Notes: generated by a model not told the origin, from the letters alone. A DNA stretch of 64,000 nucleotides from a virus (IMGVR_UViG_2974729571_000001:29788-93787), one strand, 5' to 3'. Positions 40,984 through 50,507 are shown, counted from the first letter of the stretch. Numbers and translations: made by a program.

Positions 40984-41667
40984 TTAAATAAGTTCTTTGA
41001 AATCAACACCAGCTCTAGTAAGACGAGAAAGAAGAATATCAGAATAATTTCTCATAGATGTAAGCTGACAAGCCATATCGTTTCTCTCTTCTGCATCAAG
41101 TTTCCTAAAGATAGGATTACCATTAATAAACGCATTAAGTTTATCAATCTTATCATTAAGTTCTTCATATTCTGTAATTACACGTTGAATATGAGAAGGA
41201 TACTTACTTTCTTTAGGCTTAACATTAAGACCATATTTAGCCCATTGAAGAACAAAACCAAGATGTGCCCAAAGGTCATTAACAACTTCTTCCATAGCAT
41301 ATTGTTTGCCAAGTTCCTCACTATAATTCTTTGGGTCAACACAAGAAGAATGACGAACAGTATCGAAACCACTGCGAGTATGAGCATTAACAACAGTAGT
41401 CTTTTCTCCTATTGTTGTAACATCTACATCTGTAATAAAGTTCTCAACATCTTCTTTTAGAATCTTAGTACCGTCATTATTCTCTGAAAGAGGATAATAC
41501 GCAGCATCAGCTACATCTTTCGGTGACCAACTTTTATATCCGTCAGGATAAGTAACTTCATAACCCATATCATCGGGATGAGCATTACCTATTTTATAAC
41601 CAGTTGATAGAGCCATACTAGCTCTCATTGGTTGAAGTTCAACCATTTTAATTCCAATTGCTTTCAT
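40984..41667 (-). CDS. Three-domain protein (GY-V-Y-DGY-SWSP domain, Phage_gp49_66-like domain, crAss001_48-like helical domain); candidate anti-defence fusion
   Basis: Motifs GYEVTYPDGYKSWSPKDV; GFDTVRHSSCVDPKNYSEELGK...WAHLGFVL; RVITEYEELNDKIDKLNAFI...QLTSMRNYSDILLSR. Confidence 0.65.
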   Translation of the reverse strand: MKAIGIKMVELQPMRASMALSTGYKIGNAHPDDMGYEVTYPDGYKSWSPKDVADAAYYPLSENNDGTKILKEDVENFITDVDVTTIGEKTTVVNAHTRSGFDTVRHSSCVDPKNYSEELGKQYAMEEVVNDLWAHLGFVLQWAKYGLNVKPKESKYPSHIQRVITEYEELNDKIDKLNAFINGNPIFRKLDAEERNDMACQLTSMRNYSDILLSRLTRAGVDFKELI

Positions 41668-41703
41668 AATTTAATTGTTTATTGTTTAAAATTAATAATT
41701 AGT

Positions 41704-42372
41704 TTATTTTCCAGTACTACCAAATCCTTCTGTACTTCTTTTAGTAGTACCAAGTTCTTCGAGAGTTTCAACTTCATCCCAAGTAATCTTCTCACGACGA
41801 CGAACAAGAAGTTGACAAACACGGTCGCCTTTCACATAAGGACATTCTTCTTTCTTAATTAACTTATTAAACTCTTGTCTTGCACACATAATAGAATTAT
41901 AAGCATTTTCGTGTTTAACACGTGTAACAATATCGTTAAAAGCATTACCAAAAGTACTAATAATTCTAATTAATTGACGAGAAGTACGATTCTTGAAAAT
42001 AACACGAAGTTCTCCTCTATAACCCCAATCAAGAGTACCAGGACTATTAGGCATATAAAAATCTGTTTTAGTATTGCTACTACGTGGGCGAAGTTCCATT
42101 TCATATTCATCAGGAAGAGCAAAATATAATCCTGTGTGAATAATAAATCTATCTTTGTCTGAATCATATTCTATACTCTTAGCATAGACATCACAACAAG
42201 CATCTCCTTCTCTACCATAAGTAGGTAATGGAACAGATTTATCTTCACGCCATACTTTAACAGAGACATCATCAATGTCTTGTTCTAGTTTTTGATAAAG
42301 TTCATCTTGTGTTAATAAACCAGCATTAAACTCAATAATAGCATTAGCTATTGCTTTACTTAATTTACTCAT
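41704..42372 (-). CDS. dut: Trimeric dUTPase
   Basis: All five motifs present: ACCDV, RPRSS, GTLDWGYRGEL, GDRVCQL, RSTEGFGSTG. Start MSKLSK at 42372. Confidence 0.9.
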   Translation of the reverse strand: MSKLSKAIANAIIEFNAGLLTQDELYQKLEQDIDDVSVKVWREDKSVPLPTYGREGDACCDVYAKSIEYDSDKDRFIIHTGLYFALPDEYEMELRPRSSNTKTDFYMPNSPGTLDWGYRGELRVIFKNRTSRQLIRIISTFGNAFNDIVTRVKHENAYNSIMCARQEFNKLIKKEECPYVKGDRVCQLLVRRREKITWDEVETLEELGTTKRSTEGFGSTGK

Positions 42373-42559
42373 TATAATTATTGTTTTTAAATTTATGATA
42401 AGGACAATCAGTTGGAATACTAGGTCTTCTATAACAAGAAGTAATAATAGTATCACTACTTCTTTCTAAGCACGTATAATGTTTATAGAAACAACCTTTT
42501 TCTCTCTTTACTAAATGAATACAATTACCACAAGTTCTTACTTTATTCTTCTTTTCCAT
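42365..42559 (-). CDS. Small Cys-rich (Zn-binding) protein
   Basis: CGNC...C...C...C...CP in 64 aa. Confidence 0.6.
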   Translation of the reverse strand: MEKKNKVRTCGNCIHLVKREKGCFYKHYTCLERSSDTIITSCYRRPSIPTDCPYHKFKNNNYNE

Positions 42560-42788
42560 ATAGATACTTTAATAAATGAACAAACCTGATTATAAATATT
42601 ACAAATAGCACATGACCTAATATTGGAATAAAGAATAAAACACAATTAAGAGTAACTGTACTTATTACTTCATCATCTAGTCTTTCCTTAGTAATCTTTA
42701 GTACTATTGCAGTTATTACAAACTGAATAAAACATTCAATAACAGGGACATCTAATAAAATTGTTTTTAATACGGTTTCTAACTCCAT
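42543..42788 (-). CDS. Small membrane protein
   Basis: 81 aa with two to three hydrophobic segments. Confidence 0.6.
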   Translation of the reverse strand: MELETVLKTILLDVPVIECFIQFVITAIVLKITKERLDDEVISTVTLNCVLFFIPILGHVLFVIFIIRFVHLLKYLYGKEE

Positions 42789-42931
42789 TCTTTACCACAG
42801 TTAATACATTTAAAAGTAATTGGGTCATTTTCCTCTTCCCGTGGAACTTCTTCTAGTCTAGCACCACAATTAGGACAACGTGGAACAGTAAATAACCCAA
42901 TTAGTTTTTCAATAAAAGTTCTTATTCCCAT
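42779..42931 (-). CDS. 50-aa zinc-ribbon protein (not in ORF track)
   Basis: MGIRTFIEKLIGLFTVPRCPNCGARLEE...FKCINCGKEWS*, with two CxxC pairs. Confidence 0.7.
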   Translation of the reverse strand: MGIRTFIEKLIGLFTVPRCPNCGARLEEVPREEENDPITFKCINCGKEWS

Positions 42932-44010
42932 ACATTAGCTAGAGCATAATTAAGAGCTTTAAGACTAGTATTGTAATCACCTTCAAATACTGTATTCTTC
43001 AAACGAAGTTCTTCTGTCTTATACTCTTTAACGTTAGAGAAATAACCAGTAACAGCATTATAAGCACCATAAGCTGTACCAGCTATTAGTCTTTGACCAA
43101 CACCTTCCTGATAATATTCAAAAGAATCACAGAGAGTATTTAGTTTCTGCATAGATATTCCAGCAGCTTCATAGGCAGAATTATCTCTACGGAATAGACC
43201 GTTATATAAAGACAATCCATCTACTCTCTCGAATTCTTCCCCCGTAAGGAAAGTTGCAGACAAATACTTTTTCACTTCTTCGTCTGATACTTTAGTTTTA
43301 TATAATACTCGATACATATCTTCTTCCTCTTCTATCTTACGTTCGGTAAGACCAAGTATTTCAGGAACAGTAAGTATCTTAGTATTGACACCTTTATTAT
43401 GTCTAAAAGATATATAACTTTCGGCTGATATTCTAGCTGCATGAAGTGCGTTCATACAAACAACTCTTATAGGAGTAATCATCGTTTGTACAGCACTACC
43501 ACCATCATGACTATTAGTAAAGACAAAGTAATGTTGAATAGTATCGTTTTTGCCACCAATATTAATATCTTTATCAAATGTTGCTGACATAAATATCTTT
43601 TGTCCATAACCAAAATATCCTGCACGGTCGAGTTTTACTCTACCACCAAGAGCATCATCAAAGAAGCCAAAAGCCATTTGATTTTGTACTACTTCGTATC
43701 GAGACTTTACTTTCCCAAGAGGAATATTAGTATCAGTACGATAAGTTGCAAACTCACCAGGAACATCAACAAATTCAAAGCCGTTAACTACATTAGGAAA
43801 AATAGAACCATCACGACTAGCACCATTATCGTGTGCTGGCATTTTAGCAGATAGCTGACATTTAGCAACTGTATAATCGAGTTTAGCTTTTACAATAGCT
43901 TCTTCTGTTGTCTTACAATCGCTAATGTCTATACCTATTTTACCTCTCCAAGCAATTCCTTTTGCTTTGAATTTACTTCTATAACTTGAATCTCTAAAGT
44001 TAAATTCCAT
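42922..44010 (-). CDS. DUF932/DUF945-family protein
   Basis: LG-V--RYEVVQN, FTNSHDGG, TPIRVVCMNAL and GTAYGAYNAVT motifs. Confidence 0.85.
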   Translation of the reverse strand: MEFNFRDSSYRSKFKAKGIAWRGKIGIDISDCKTTEEAIVKAKLDYTVAKCQLSAKMPAHDNGASRDGSIFPNVVNGFEFVDVPGEFATYRTDTNIPLGKVKSRYEVVQNQMAFGFFDDALGGRVKLDRAGYFGYGQKIFMSATFDKDINIGGKNDTIQHYFVFTNSHDGGSAVQTMITPIRVVCMNALHAARISAESYISFRHNKGVNTKILTVPEILGLTERKIEEEEDMYRVLYKTKVSDEEVKKYLSATFLTGEEFERVDGLSLYNGLFRRDNSAYEAAGISMQKLNTLCDSFEYYQEGVGQRLIAGTAYGAYNAVTGYFSNVKEYKTEELRLKNTVFEGDYNTSLKALNYALANVWE

Positions 44011-44012
44011 AA

Positions 44013-44117
44013 TTATATGTATTTACTGATTTCTATCATAGCTTGTTCACGAGTACATCCAAAGGCATTCATTATTCTTTGAATAAGTTCTTCTACCCAA
44101 TCTTCTACTTCAAACAT
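44013..44117 (-). CDS. 34-aa peptide (MFEVEDWVEELIQRIMNAFGCTREQAMIEISKYI)
   Basis: Translated by hand; exactly fills the intergenic gap. Confidence 0.55.
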   Translation of the reverse strand: MFEVEDWVEELIQRIMNAFGCTREQAMIEISKYI

Positions 44118-44118
44118 A

Positions 44119-44892
44119 TTACTTAATTATTAATGATGTATTACTTTCTTGTTTAGCAATAGTAAGGTCAGCATCCATACTCAAATTAGCTGCAATAATA
44201 GACTTACTAGTACAAGACTTAAATTCTACCTTATGAGGATTTTGTCCAATCCATTGAGCAAGATTAAAGTTAGTAACATTTGCAAGTTCTGATAGACGAA
44301 TATGAATTGATATTTCAGTATCAATAGAGAACACATCGTCAACAGTAACATCTACAAATGAAGATTGTTCAGATTCCTGCTCCTCTATGGGGGAACTTTC
44401 AGCTTTCATGTGAGCACTGATAATACGAGATAGATACTCAATACTAAGACTTTCCTTAATTTCAGTACTTGCAAGATATTCAGTAACTATATCCATAAAG
44501 TGTCTGATAATGTCGGCAATACGAACATCGTCTAACTTAGTAACAGTAGTATTACGAGAATAGACTTTATAAGTACTACCTTCGATTACTTTGTTACCGG
44601 ATTTACCAGTAGAACCAAACATAAGAACCGCTTCAAGAACCGCATCTTTAAGACGTTCAAGAGTATTATTTCTTGTTTTCTTAATTTGGTTAACACGAGC
44701 AACTTCGTCACTACATTCTTTAACGTCACACTGATAACGTTTAATTACTTGAAGATAATCTCCAATCTTGTCTTTAAGATTATCTTCTGTAATACCTAGT
44801 TTAGCAACAATTTCTTCTGTTGCTTCACCTTCTTCGAGTTGCAAGATAATATCCTGCAACTCTGCTTTAATACTAAATAGACTACTTCCCAT
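44119..44892 (-). CDS. Siphovirus Gp157-like protein
   Basis: SLFSI...L-EGE N-terminus and coiled coil E--R----K----N--ERLK. Start MGSSLF at 44892. Confidence 0.7.
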   Translation of the reverse strand: MGSSLFSIKAELQDIILQLEEGEATEEIVAKLGITEDNLKDKIGDYLQVIKRYQCDVKECSDEVARVNQIKKTRNNTLERLKDAVLEAVLMFGSTGKSGNKVIEGSTYKVYSRNTTVTKLDDVRIADIIRHFMDIVTEYLASTEIKESLSIEYLSRIISAHMKAESSPIEEQESEQSSFVDVTVDDVFSIDTEISIHIRLSELANVTNFNLAQWIGQNPHKVEFKSCTSKSIIAANLSMDADLTIAKQESNTSLIIK

Positions 44893-45052
44893 TATGTCTT
44901 GATTTAAAATAAGGTTTATCTTTAGTAGAATAACACATATAACTAACAGGACAATCCATAGTTCCCCGTCTTTCACAATCATGGCATCTAGGAGAATTAT
45001 CCTTTTTAGTTAGTTTTAATAGTTTACTTACTAACTTTTTTAGAACTTTCAT
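44882..45052 (-). CDS. Small Cys-rich protein
   Basis: CHDC...CP...C motif. Confidence 0.55.
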   Translation of the reverse strand: MKVLKKLVSKLLKLTKKDNSPRCHDCERRGTMDCPVSYMCYSTKDKPYFKSRHNGK

Positions 45053-45293
45053 TTTCAAATACATTTATTGGATATTTACTTTTAGTTTCGATAACATTTC
45101 CTTCAACAATAGTAGCTCCTCTTTTAATAGCTCTAATACGAACTTTTCTATGATATGCAGCTTCTTTAAGATTACTTCCAAATTGATTAATTAATCTTTT
45201 ATTTTTATAAATAGCTACATAAAGACCTGACGCATATTGTTGAGTAACTATCTCAACTTTACCAAGTTCTTTATCATTTATTACTGTTATCAT
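45024..45293 (-). CDS. Hypothetical protein
   Basis: 89-aa ORF in a tightly packed operon. Confidence 0.65.
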   Translation of the reverse strand: MITVINDKELGKVEIVTQQYASGLYVAIYKNKRLINQFGSNLKEAAYHRKVRIRAIKRGATIVEGNVIETKSKYPINVFENESSKKVSK

Positions 45294-45576
45294 ATTCTTC
45301 TTTGATTAACTTATTCTGTTCAGATATAGCTTTCATAATAAGTTCACGAGAATCCCAAAGACTTTCAGAACCAACACTTAGATAATAATGTTCAAGCACT
45401 TCTTCATTAGACATCTTTTGGAAGTCTATAATATGAGGAGTAGTTTTAATAACATCATCAAACTTATTGGTAACATCGTTCAACAGATTATATAGTTTAC
45501 TACGAATAACTACATTATCTGTATTGTTCTGTCTTATTCTAGCAATAAGAGCAGGAATTATCTCACTGTTATGCAT
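45274..45576 (-). CDS. Hypothetical protein
   Basis: 100-aa ORF in a tightly packed operon. Confidence 0.65.
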   Translation of the reverse strand: MHNSEIIPALIARIRQNNTDNVVIRSKLYNLLNDVTNKFDDVIKTTPHIIDFQKMSNEEVLEHYYLSVGSESLWDSRELIMKAISEQNKLIKEEYDNSNK

Positions 45577-45862
45577 TATCTAATGATTTAATATATTCAA
45601 TAGCTTCATCACGAGAATCACACAGCTTATCTAATTCGATATTGCGTTTCCAACCATCTCCTTCATTAGTAATAACAGTAACACCATACGTACCTTTAAA
45701 GGAAATACCATTAACTTCTCTATTGTATAACCCGTGTTGATTATCTTTTTCAGAACAACTAAGTTCTATAATATGATTACCAATAGTATGATAACTATCA
45801 ACAATGGGAGTAAAGAAATTACTTCCTTTAACTATACTTTGGAATATCTTAGCTTTTTCCAT
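45569..45862 (-). CDS. Hypothetical protein
   Basis: Start MEKAKIF at 45862. Confidence 0.65.
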   Translation of the reverse strand: MEKAKIFQSIVKGSNFFTPIVDSYHTIGNHIIELSCSEKDNQHGLYNREVNGISFKGTYGVTVITNEGDGWKRNIELDKLCDSRDEAIEYIKSLDNA

Positions 45863-46184
45863 ATTTACTTCCAGTTTGATTGCGACACCATTCAAGATTA
45901 GACCAATGATTATTAGCACTATTACCATCTTTATACCTAACATATTTATATATATTAGGTTTAGGATTAGTAACAAATGCTTGAGCAACGAGAGTAGCTA
46001 TAAATAGCTTAGCACTATTACCATTGTGAAACAATGTAACATGAGGTCGTTCGCAACCTTTACCACGATACCATTTAAGATAACGTTTACGATTGTCAGA
46101 CCAAACTTTTCCGTCTTCTCCTATACAATAATTAGGAAAATTAGGAATAGTGACGAATCTAACTGTGTTTTTGACTTCTTTCAT
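45849..46184 (-). CDS. NUMOD4/HNH-fold protein with degenerate catalytic site
   Basis: FPNYCIGEDGKVWS (NUMOD4-like), IATLVAQAFV, VRYKDGNSANNHWSNLEW. Confidence 0.75.
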   Translation of the reverse strand: MKEVKNTVRFVTIPNFPNYCIGEDGKVWSDNRKRYLKWYRGKGCERPHVTLFHNGNSAKLFIATLVAQAFVTNPKPNIYKYVRYKDGNSANNHWSNLEWCRNQTGSKYGKS

Positions 46185-46449
46185 ACTTTTTATTTAAATA
46201 ACGTGCACGAAGTTTAGCTTCTTCGTAGGAATAAACTTTCCTATGCTTAATAATATGATTAAACAAATCAAGAGGAGCATAAACACCAGCAGTCCTTTCA
46301 ATCTTACCGTTAAGATAATTGTCGATTTTCTTAGATACTTCTTCACGAGTTATTACAATATATAAGAACCTAATAGAATTGCGATATGCAATATTATCGT
46401 CAGGTTGTCTAACAACTATGTATTTAGCTTTTATTTGCTTCTTCTCCAT
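46159..46449 (-). CDS. Hypothetical basic protein
   Basis: Start MEKKQIK at 46449, directly after the promoter. Confidence 0.65.
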   Translation of the reverse strand: MEKKQIKAKYIVVRQPDDNIAYRNSIRFLYIVITREEVSKKIDNYLNGKIERTAGVYAPLDLFNHIIKHRKVYSYEEAKLRARYLNKKYERSQKHS

Positions 46450-46460
46450 TAGTTCATTCA

Positions 46461-46491
46461 CAAATATAATCAATCTTAATATCAGACCAAA
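46461..46491 (-). promoter_or_regulatory. Consensus Bacteroidota promoter
   Basis: Minus strand TTTG-N19-TATATTTG. Confidence 0.75.
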
Positions 46492-46746
46492 GAAAATCTT
46501 ACTGTTTTTCAGCATATACAGAAAACGATTCTAAGGCTCGTCATTAAACGTAAGACAAAAATAGTATAGTTGTTAAGGTTGGCATAGTAAATCGCACATA
46601 GACGAAATATCAGCTATTCTCGTTGATTTCCCCCATAAAGGAGCGTTGTTTCCTATACGTTCCGACAGTCCTCTTTGAGTATAAGCTAACGATTTATCTC
46701 ACAATCAGAGTATACAATAGAAACACTAACTTTACAAGGGAATAAC

Positions 46747-46784
46747 AAAAAACCCTACTGCTAATCTCTCGACTAACAATAGGG
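46747..46784 (-). terminator. Intrinsic terminator (GAGA loop)
   Basis: Minus strand CCCUAUUGUUAGUC-GAGA-GAUUAGCAGUAGGG followed by U6. G-U pairs fix the strand. Confidence 0.85.
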
Positions 46785-46803
46785 CAAGGTATCAAACCAT
46801 GAC

Positions 46804-47163
46804 TTACTTTAACAACTTATATACTATAAGGGTATCATCCTCTTCTTCTTTTTCTAACTTAACGTTAGTGTCAGATGTAACACGAAGACTTCGTATTATA
46901 TCAGAAGCATTAACAGAATAATAACCATAATCTGAAACAGATACATTTCGGCATTGACCTTGAACATCTTCTGTAAGAAAACCTAGATATATTGATTCTT
47001 GTCCTTCCACTGGGTCGAACTTAACCATTAATAACATCTTTAGTTTATCTTTCAGATGTATGTTTTTTATTATCAGTTTCTTTTTCTTATAGTCTATATA
47101 AGATTTATTATAATTAACTTTCTTCTTCGATATTATTTGGTAATCTAGTAGACTCATCATCAA
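46804..47163 (-). CDS. Hypothetical protein
   Basis: 119-aa ORF between the ligase and the terminator. Confidence 0.65.
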   Translation of the reverse strand: MMMSLLDYQIISKKKVNYNKSYIDYKKKKLIIKNIHLKDKLKMLLMVKFDPVEGQESIYLGFLTEDVQGQCRNVSVSDYGYYSVNASDIIRSLRVTSDTNVKLEKEEEDDTLIVYKLLK

Positions 47164-48379
47164 GTATTTTTATAACATTTCCATGTGAGGGAACTTCCTT
47201 GACACCTGACCTACATCTAAATTCAGCAAACGCTATCTTTCCAATAAACTTGTCTTTATTAATAAGATAACTTTGACGAGTAGAAGCATCACCAACTGGC
47301 ATACATTCAAATGTTTCACCATTAATATCATTACGAAGAACAAACTTACTAAAGTTAGGTCGTTTAGCTCCTTCGGGAATAATATCTAGGATTTCAAATT
47401 TACCATCTAATATTGGTTTACTTTTGTACATAGTAGAATTACGTTTACCAAACTGATATGTAGCATAAGGATTTCGGAGAATAGCTCCCTCGAACTTAGC
47501 TTCAACAAAGATGTCTCGATATTTAATAATATCTTCATCTCCATTTACATTATCATAAGTATGAATAAGAACGAAACGATTCTTATTATTCATGTGATAA
47601 TCAAGAATAGCTTTAGCATTAACGTAATTAGGCATCTTAAACTTGCCAAATTCTGACTTCAATAATGATATACGATTAGTTTGAATCATATCATCAATAG
47701 CTAAATCATAACACCAAAATTGAAGAAAACGATTATACGGACTTTTAAGATTCTCGGCAGCACTTAGAATATCATTTAGTTCAAGACCTGGAATATATAA
47801 TTCTCCGTCTAATACTAGATTATCTTCTAACATACGATTGAATAGCTTGTCTGTAATAACATCATCAAGCAATATATTCTCCAATACAGGACATTTATAT
47901 TCAAGTCCTTTACGACTATGAAATACAAGACCTTTAGTTTTAAAGAATCCTTCACCACGCATAACAGCTGATATATTACAACGAACACCGTTAATCTTAA
48001 TTTGAGCTAACAAGTTTTGTTCGTTATTATATTCATATATCTTAGCTAGCATAGGAAGAACAAATCCTTCATTATTAGTATTGTATTTAGGAAGATACAT
48101 ATCAAGATAATGTTTCAAAGCCTCAATATTAGGTATTTCTTGAGGAGCTGCATCATATAATTCAGACAGTTCCATACCTCCTTCTCTACGCTTAGCTGCG
48201 ACAATAGTTTTCCATTCTTTCTCAACACCTCTAGGTGGAACATATTCAGATGTAGTCCCTTCTTTACCAACAATACCATACTTTAGTATAATCTTGTGTC
48301 CTAGTATTTCAGCTGACCAAAAGATTGGTTTACCTTGTGCATTACGTTTATAAAGAATAATACTTTTCGATTCGCTCAT
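47114..48379 (-). CDS. lig: ATP-dependent DNA ligase with N-terminal WGR-like domain
   Basis: PMLA, motif I QIKINGVRC, VLDGELY, FEGAILR, KR...K-K and a C-terminal OB fold. Confidence 0.9.
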   Translation of the reverse strand: MSESKSIILYKRNAQGKPIFWSAEILGHKIILKYGIVGKEGTTSEYVPPRGVEKEWKTIVAAKRREGGMELSELYDAAPQEIPNIEALKHYLDMYLPKYNTNNEGFVLPMLAKIYEYNNEQNLLAQIKINGVRCNISAVMRGEGFFKTKGLVFHSRKGLEYKCPVLENILLDDVITDKLFNRMLEDNLVLDGELYIPGLELNDILSAAENLKSPYNRFLQFWCYDLAIDDMIQTNRISLLKSEFGKFKMPNYVNAKAILDYHMNNKNRFVLIHTYDNVNGDEDIIKYRDIFVEAKFEGAILRNPYATYQFGKRNSTMYKSKPILDGKFEILDIIPEGAKRPNFSKFVLRNDINGETFECMPVGDASTRQSYLINKDKFIGKIAFAEFRCRSGVKEVPSHGNVIKILDDESTRLPNNIEEES

Positions 48380-48858
48380 AGTTCTTCAATTTTATATTTG
48401 TTAGGTTGTTCACGCATAAGACCAATAGCAACTTCTCTATCAATAATCATAGACTTATTAGTTTCAATAACAATAATCCTAACTTTAGGATTAGGAGAGG
48501 GAGATGTAACAGATTTCCGCTCCTTTATGGGGGAAGGTTTGGTAATCTGTTTACTAGTCTTATTAGTTCCCTTTTTCTTTTCGTAAACAATAGGAGGATT
48601 AACTTCTTCATATTTAAGATTAGCTTCATGAATCTTTTCAAGAGATTCTTTATCGTAACCTATATATATAAGAGCAGCCATTATCCATCTATATCTAAAA
48701 TGAATAGTTTGAATATAAGGATAATTAGGTAAATCTAATTCATGAAGATAACTAGCAATAGTATCGGAAGTACCGTTAACTTTAAGATTATGTTGAATCA
48801 TCCTTATATCAGAAGCATCTAACTGATAACTAAACGGATTTACATTGTTTAACTTCAT
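48376..48858 (-). CDS. Hypothetical protein
   Basis: 160-aa ORF in the replication operon. Confidence 0.65.
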   Translation of the reverse strand: MKLNNVNPFSYQLDASDIRMIQHNLKVNGTSDTIASYLHELDLPNYPYIQTIHFRYRWIMAALIYIGYDKESLEKIHEANLKYEEVNPPIVYEKKKGTNKTSKQITKPSPIKERKSVTSPSPNPKVRIIVIETNKSMIIDREVAIGLMREQPNKYKIEEL

Positions 48859-49375
48859 TTGCTGTAAGTCTTACAATTATATACTTTTTAGGTTTACCTA
48901 TTCTCGCATGATAGAACTTGAAACACTTTAGATAATCAGTACTTTCAGTCCACTGTATAAAGTTTCCTTTAGATACAGATGTATTAGTTTCATAATTAAA
49001 CTCTCTTGGAATCTTATGACTACTATACATGTCTTTATCTAAGTAATTCTTAATGATAGCTAAGTGTTCAGGATTATCAAACTCAAAGTTACCATAAATT
49101 TTTATCTTAGAAAAGTCAATTGGTGTACCGTCAGAAAGAGAGAGACGAATTAAAATATCAGGATTATCAACCATTTGTTGTCTGACATCATCAAGATACT
49201 TCTCTTCTTCATCTGTTAAAGGATACATAAAATAATAGCTATAAACATTTCCGCTATTACCGAAACTGTTTATAGCTATTCTCTTTAATGGAGCAAATGA
49301 ATTAAAATCAATTACTCTACGTTCTTCTTGTGCCTTTGGAAATGACACATATTCTTCTTCTCTACTCATATTCAA
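48830..49375 (-). CDS. Hypothetical protein
   Basis: 181-aa ORF in the replication operon. Confidence 0.7.
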   Translation of the reverse strand: MNMSREEEYVSFPKAQEERRVIDFNSFAPLKRIAINSFGNSGNVYSYYFMYPLTDEEEKYLDDVRQQMVDNPDILIRLSLSDGTPIDFSKIKIYGNFEFDNPEHLAIIKNYLDKDMYSSHKIPREFNYETNTSVSKGNFIQWTESTDYLKCFKFYHARIGKPKKYIIVRLTANEVKQCKSV

Positions 49376-50495
49376 ATAATGATTCAGTTTGTTCTATAAA
49401 CGAATTAATAGTTTCTCTTGAATACATACTAACTAACTCCGAGAAATCTTTAGCACCATAACTTCTTGGAATAACAATAGGTATAATACCATATTCTTTT
49501 CGTAACCTACGAGCACCACGTACACCTGTCAGGTCATTGTCAAAAAAAGAAATAAGTATTCCATTGTCGTTTAGCTTAGATTGAAGCCAGTTATATTCGT
49601 AATCTTTGAGAACATAACTCTCCGAAGTAACATTAATTACTCCTATTTGAGACTCTGACAAATTCCCCCGTAAAGGATAGGAATGTAACCAGTAACTTAA
49701 TGCTAGATTGTCCTTATATGATTTAGTAATAATAATTATATCATACTTAGGTTTATCAAGATTAAGTATTCCAACAAGACCATTATGATTAGTTATAAAC
49801 TTGATTTCTCCCTTACTTCTATCTCGAAGAGGAAAATAACATTCGATATTATAAATACCGTTACTATCAAGTCCAGTAACATAAGCATAACAAGGGTCTG
49901 ATTCCTTATATGTATATTTAGGACTAGGTTGACAATACCTATTAATATACATTTGGTCAACAGGATAGACAAAATGAGTATTAAGCCAATGTAGACTAAC
50001 TCCCCATTTTCCCCAAATATTCTTATCGTTATTAGTCCAAGTTCTAGTAGCTATTTCAATAATTGGTTTACTAGCTTTGATTTTAGATATTACTTGTTTA
50101 AGTAAGATTTCATTCTCTTCATCTACTTCTCCGTCATATATTATCTTACGGAAAGTATAAGCTATATGCTTTAATATATAATAGAAATCTGCTTTATTAG
50201 CAACATTTATATGACGACCAGTTTTAAAACTTAGTACATAAGCTACTAGGTCGAAACAATCACCAAAGAAAGAGCCATTAAAATCACGAGCTTTTAGCTT
50301 GTGTTTATTATTGAAAGCAAAACCAAATGTTGGATGATTATCAACACGTAAAGGAGAACATATAAGAACATTGTTTTCAACACAATCATTAACTACTGAT
50401 ACAGGTATACCCATATACTTAGCCATAATCATTTCCTGACTAACCTTAGATAATATAAACTCTTTTGTTAAGTCTTGTCTTATTCCTCTACGCAT
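49362..50495 (-). CDS. DNA primase (DnaG/TOPRIM type)
   Basis: SPLR-D-HPTF N-terminal domain, GDCFD, ITKSYKD, and TOPRIM FDNDLTG...KDFSE. Confidence 0.85.
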   Translation of the reverse strand: MRRGIRQDLTKEFILSKVSQEMIMAKYMGIPVSVVNDCVENNVLICSPLRVDNHPTFGFAFNNKHKLKARDFNGSFFGDCFDLVAYVLSFKTGRHINVANKADFYYILKHIAYTFRKIIYDGEVDEENEILLKQVISKIKASKPIIEIATRTWTNNDKNIWGKWGVSLHWLNTHFVYPVDQMYINRYCQPSPKYTYKESDPCYAYVTGLDSNGIYNIECYFPLRDRSKGEIKFITNHNGLVGILNLDKPKYDIIIITKSYKDNLALSYWLHSYPLRGNLSESQIGVINVTSESYVLKDYEYNWLQSKLNDNGILISFFDNDLTGVRGARRLRKEYGIIPIVIPRSYGAKDFSELVSMYSRETINSFIEQTESLFEYE

Positions 50496-50507
50496 AGTAT
50501 AACTAGA

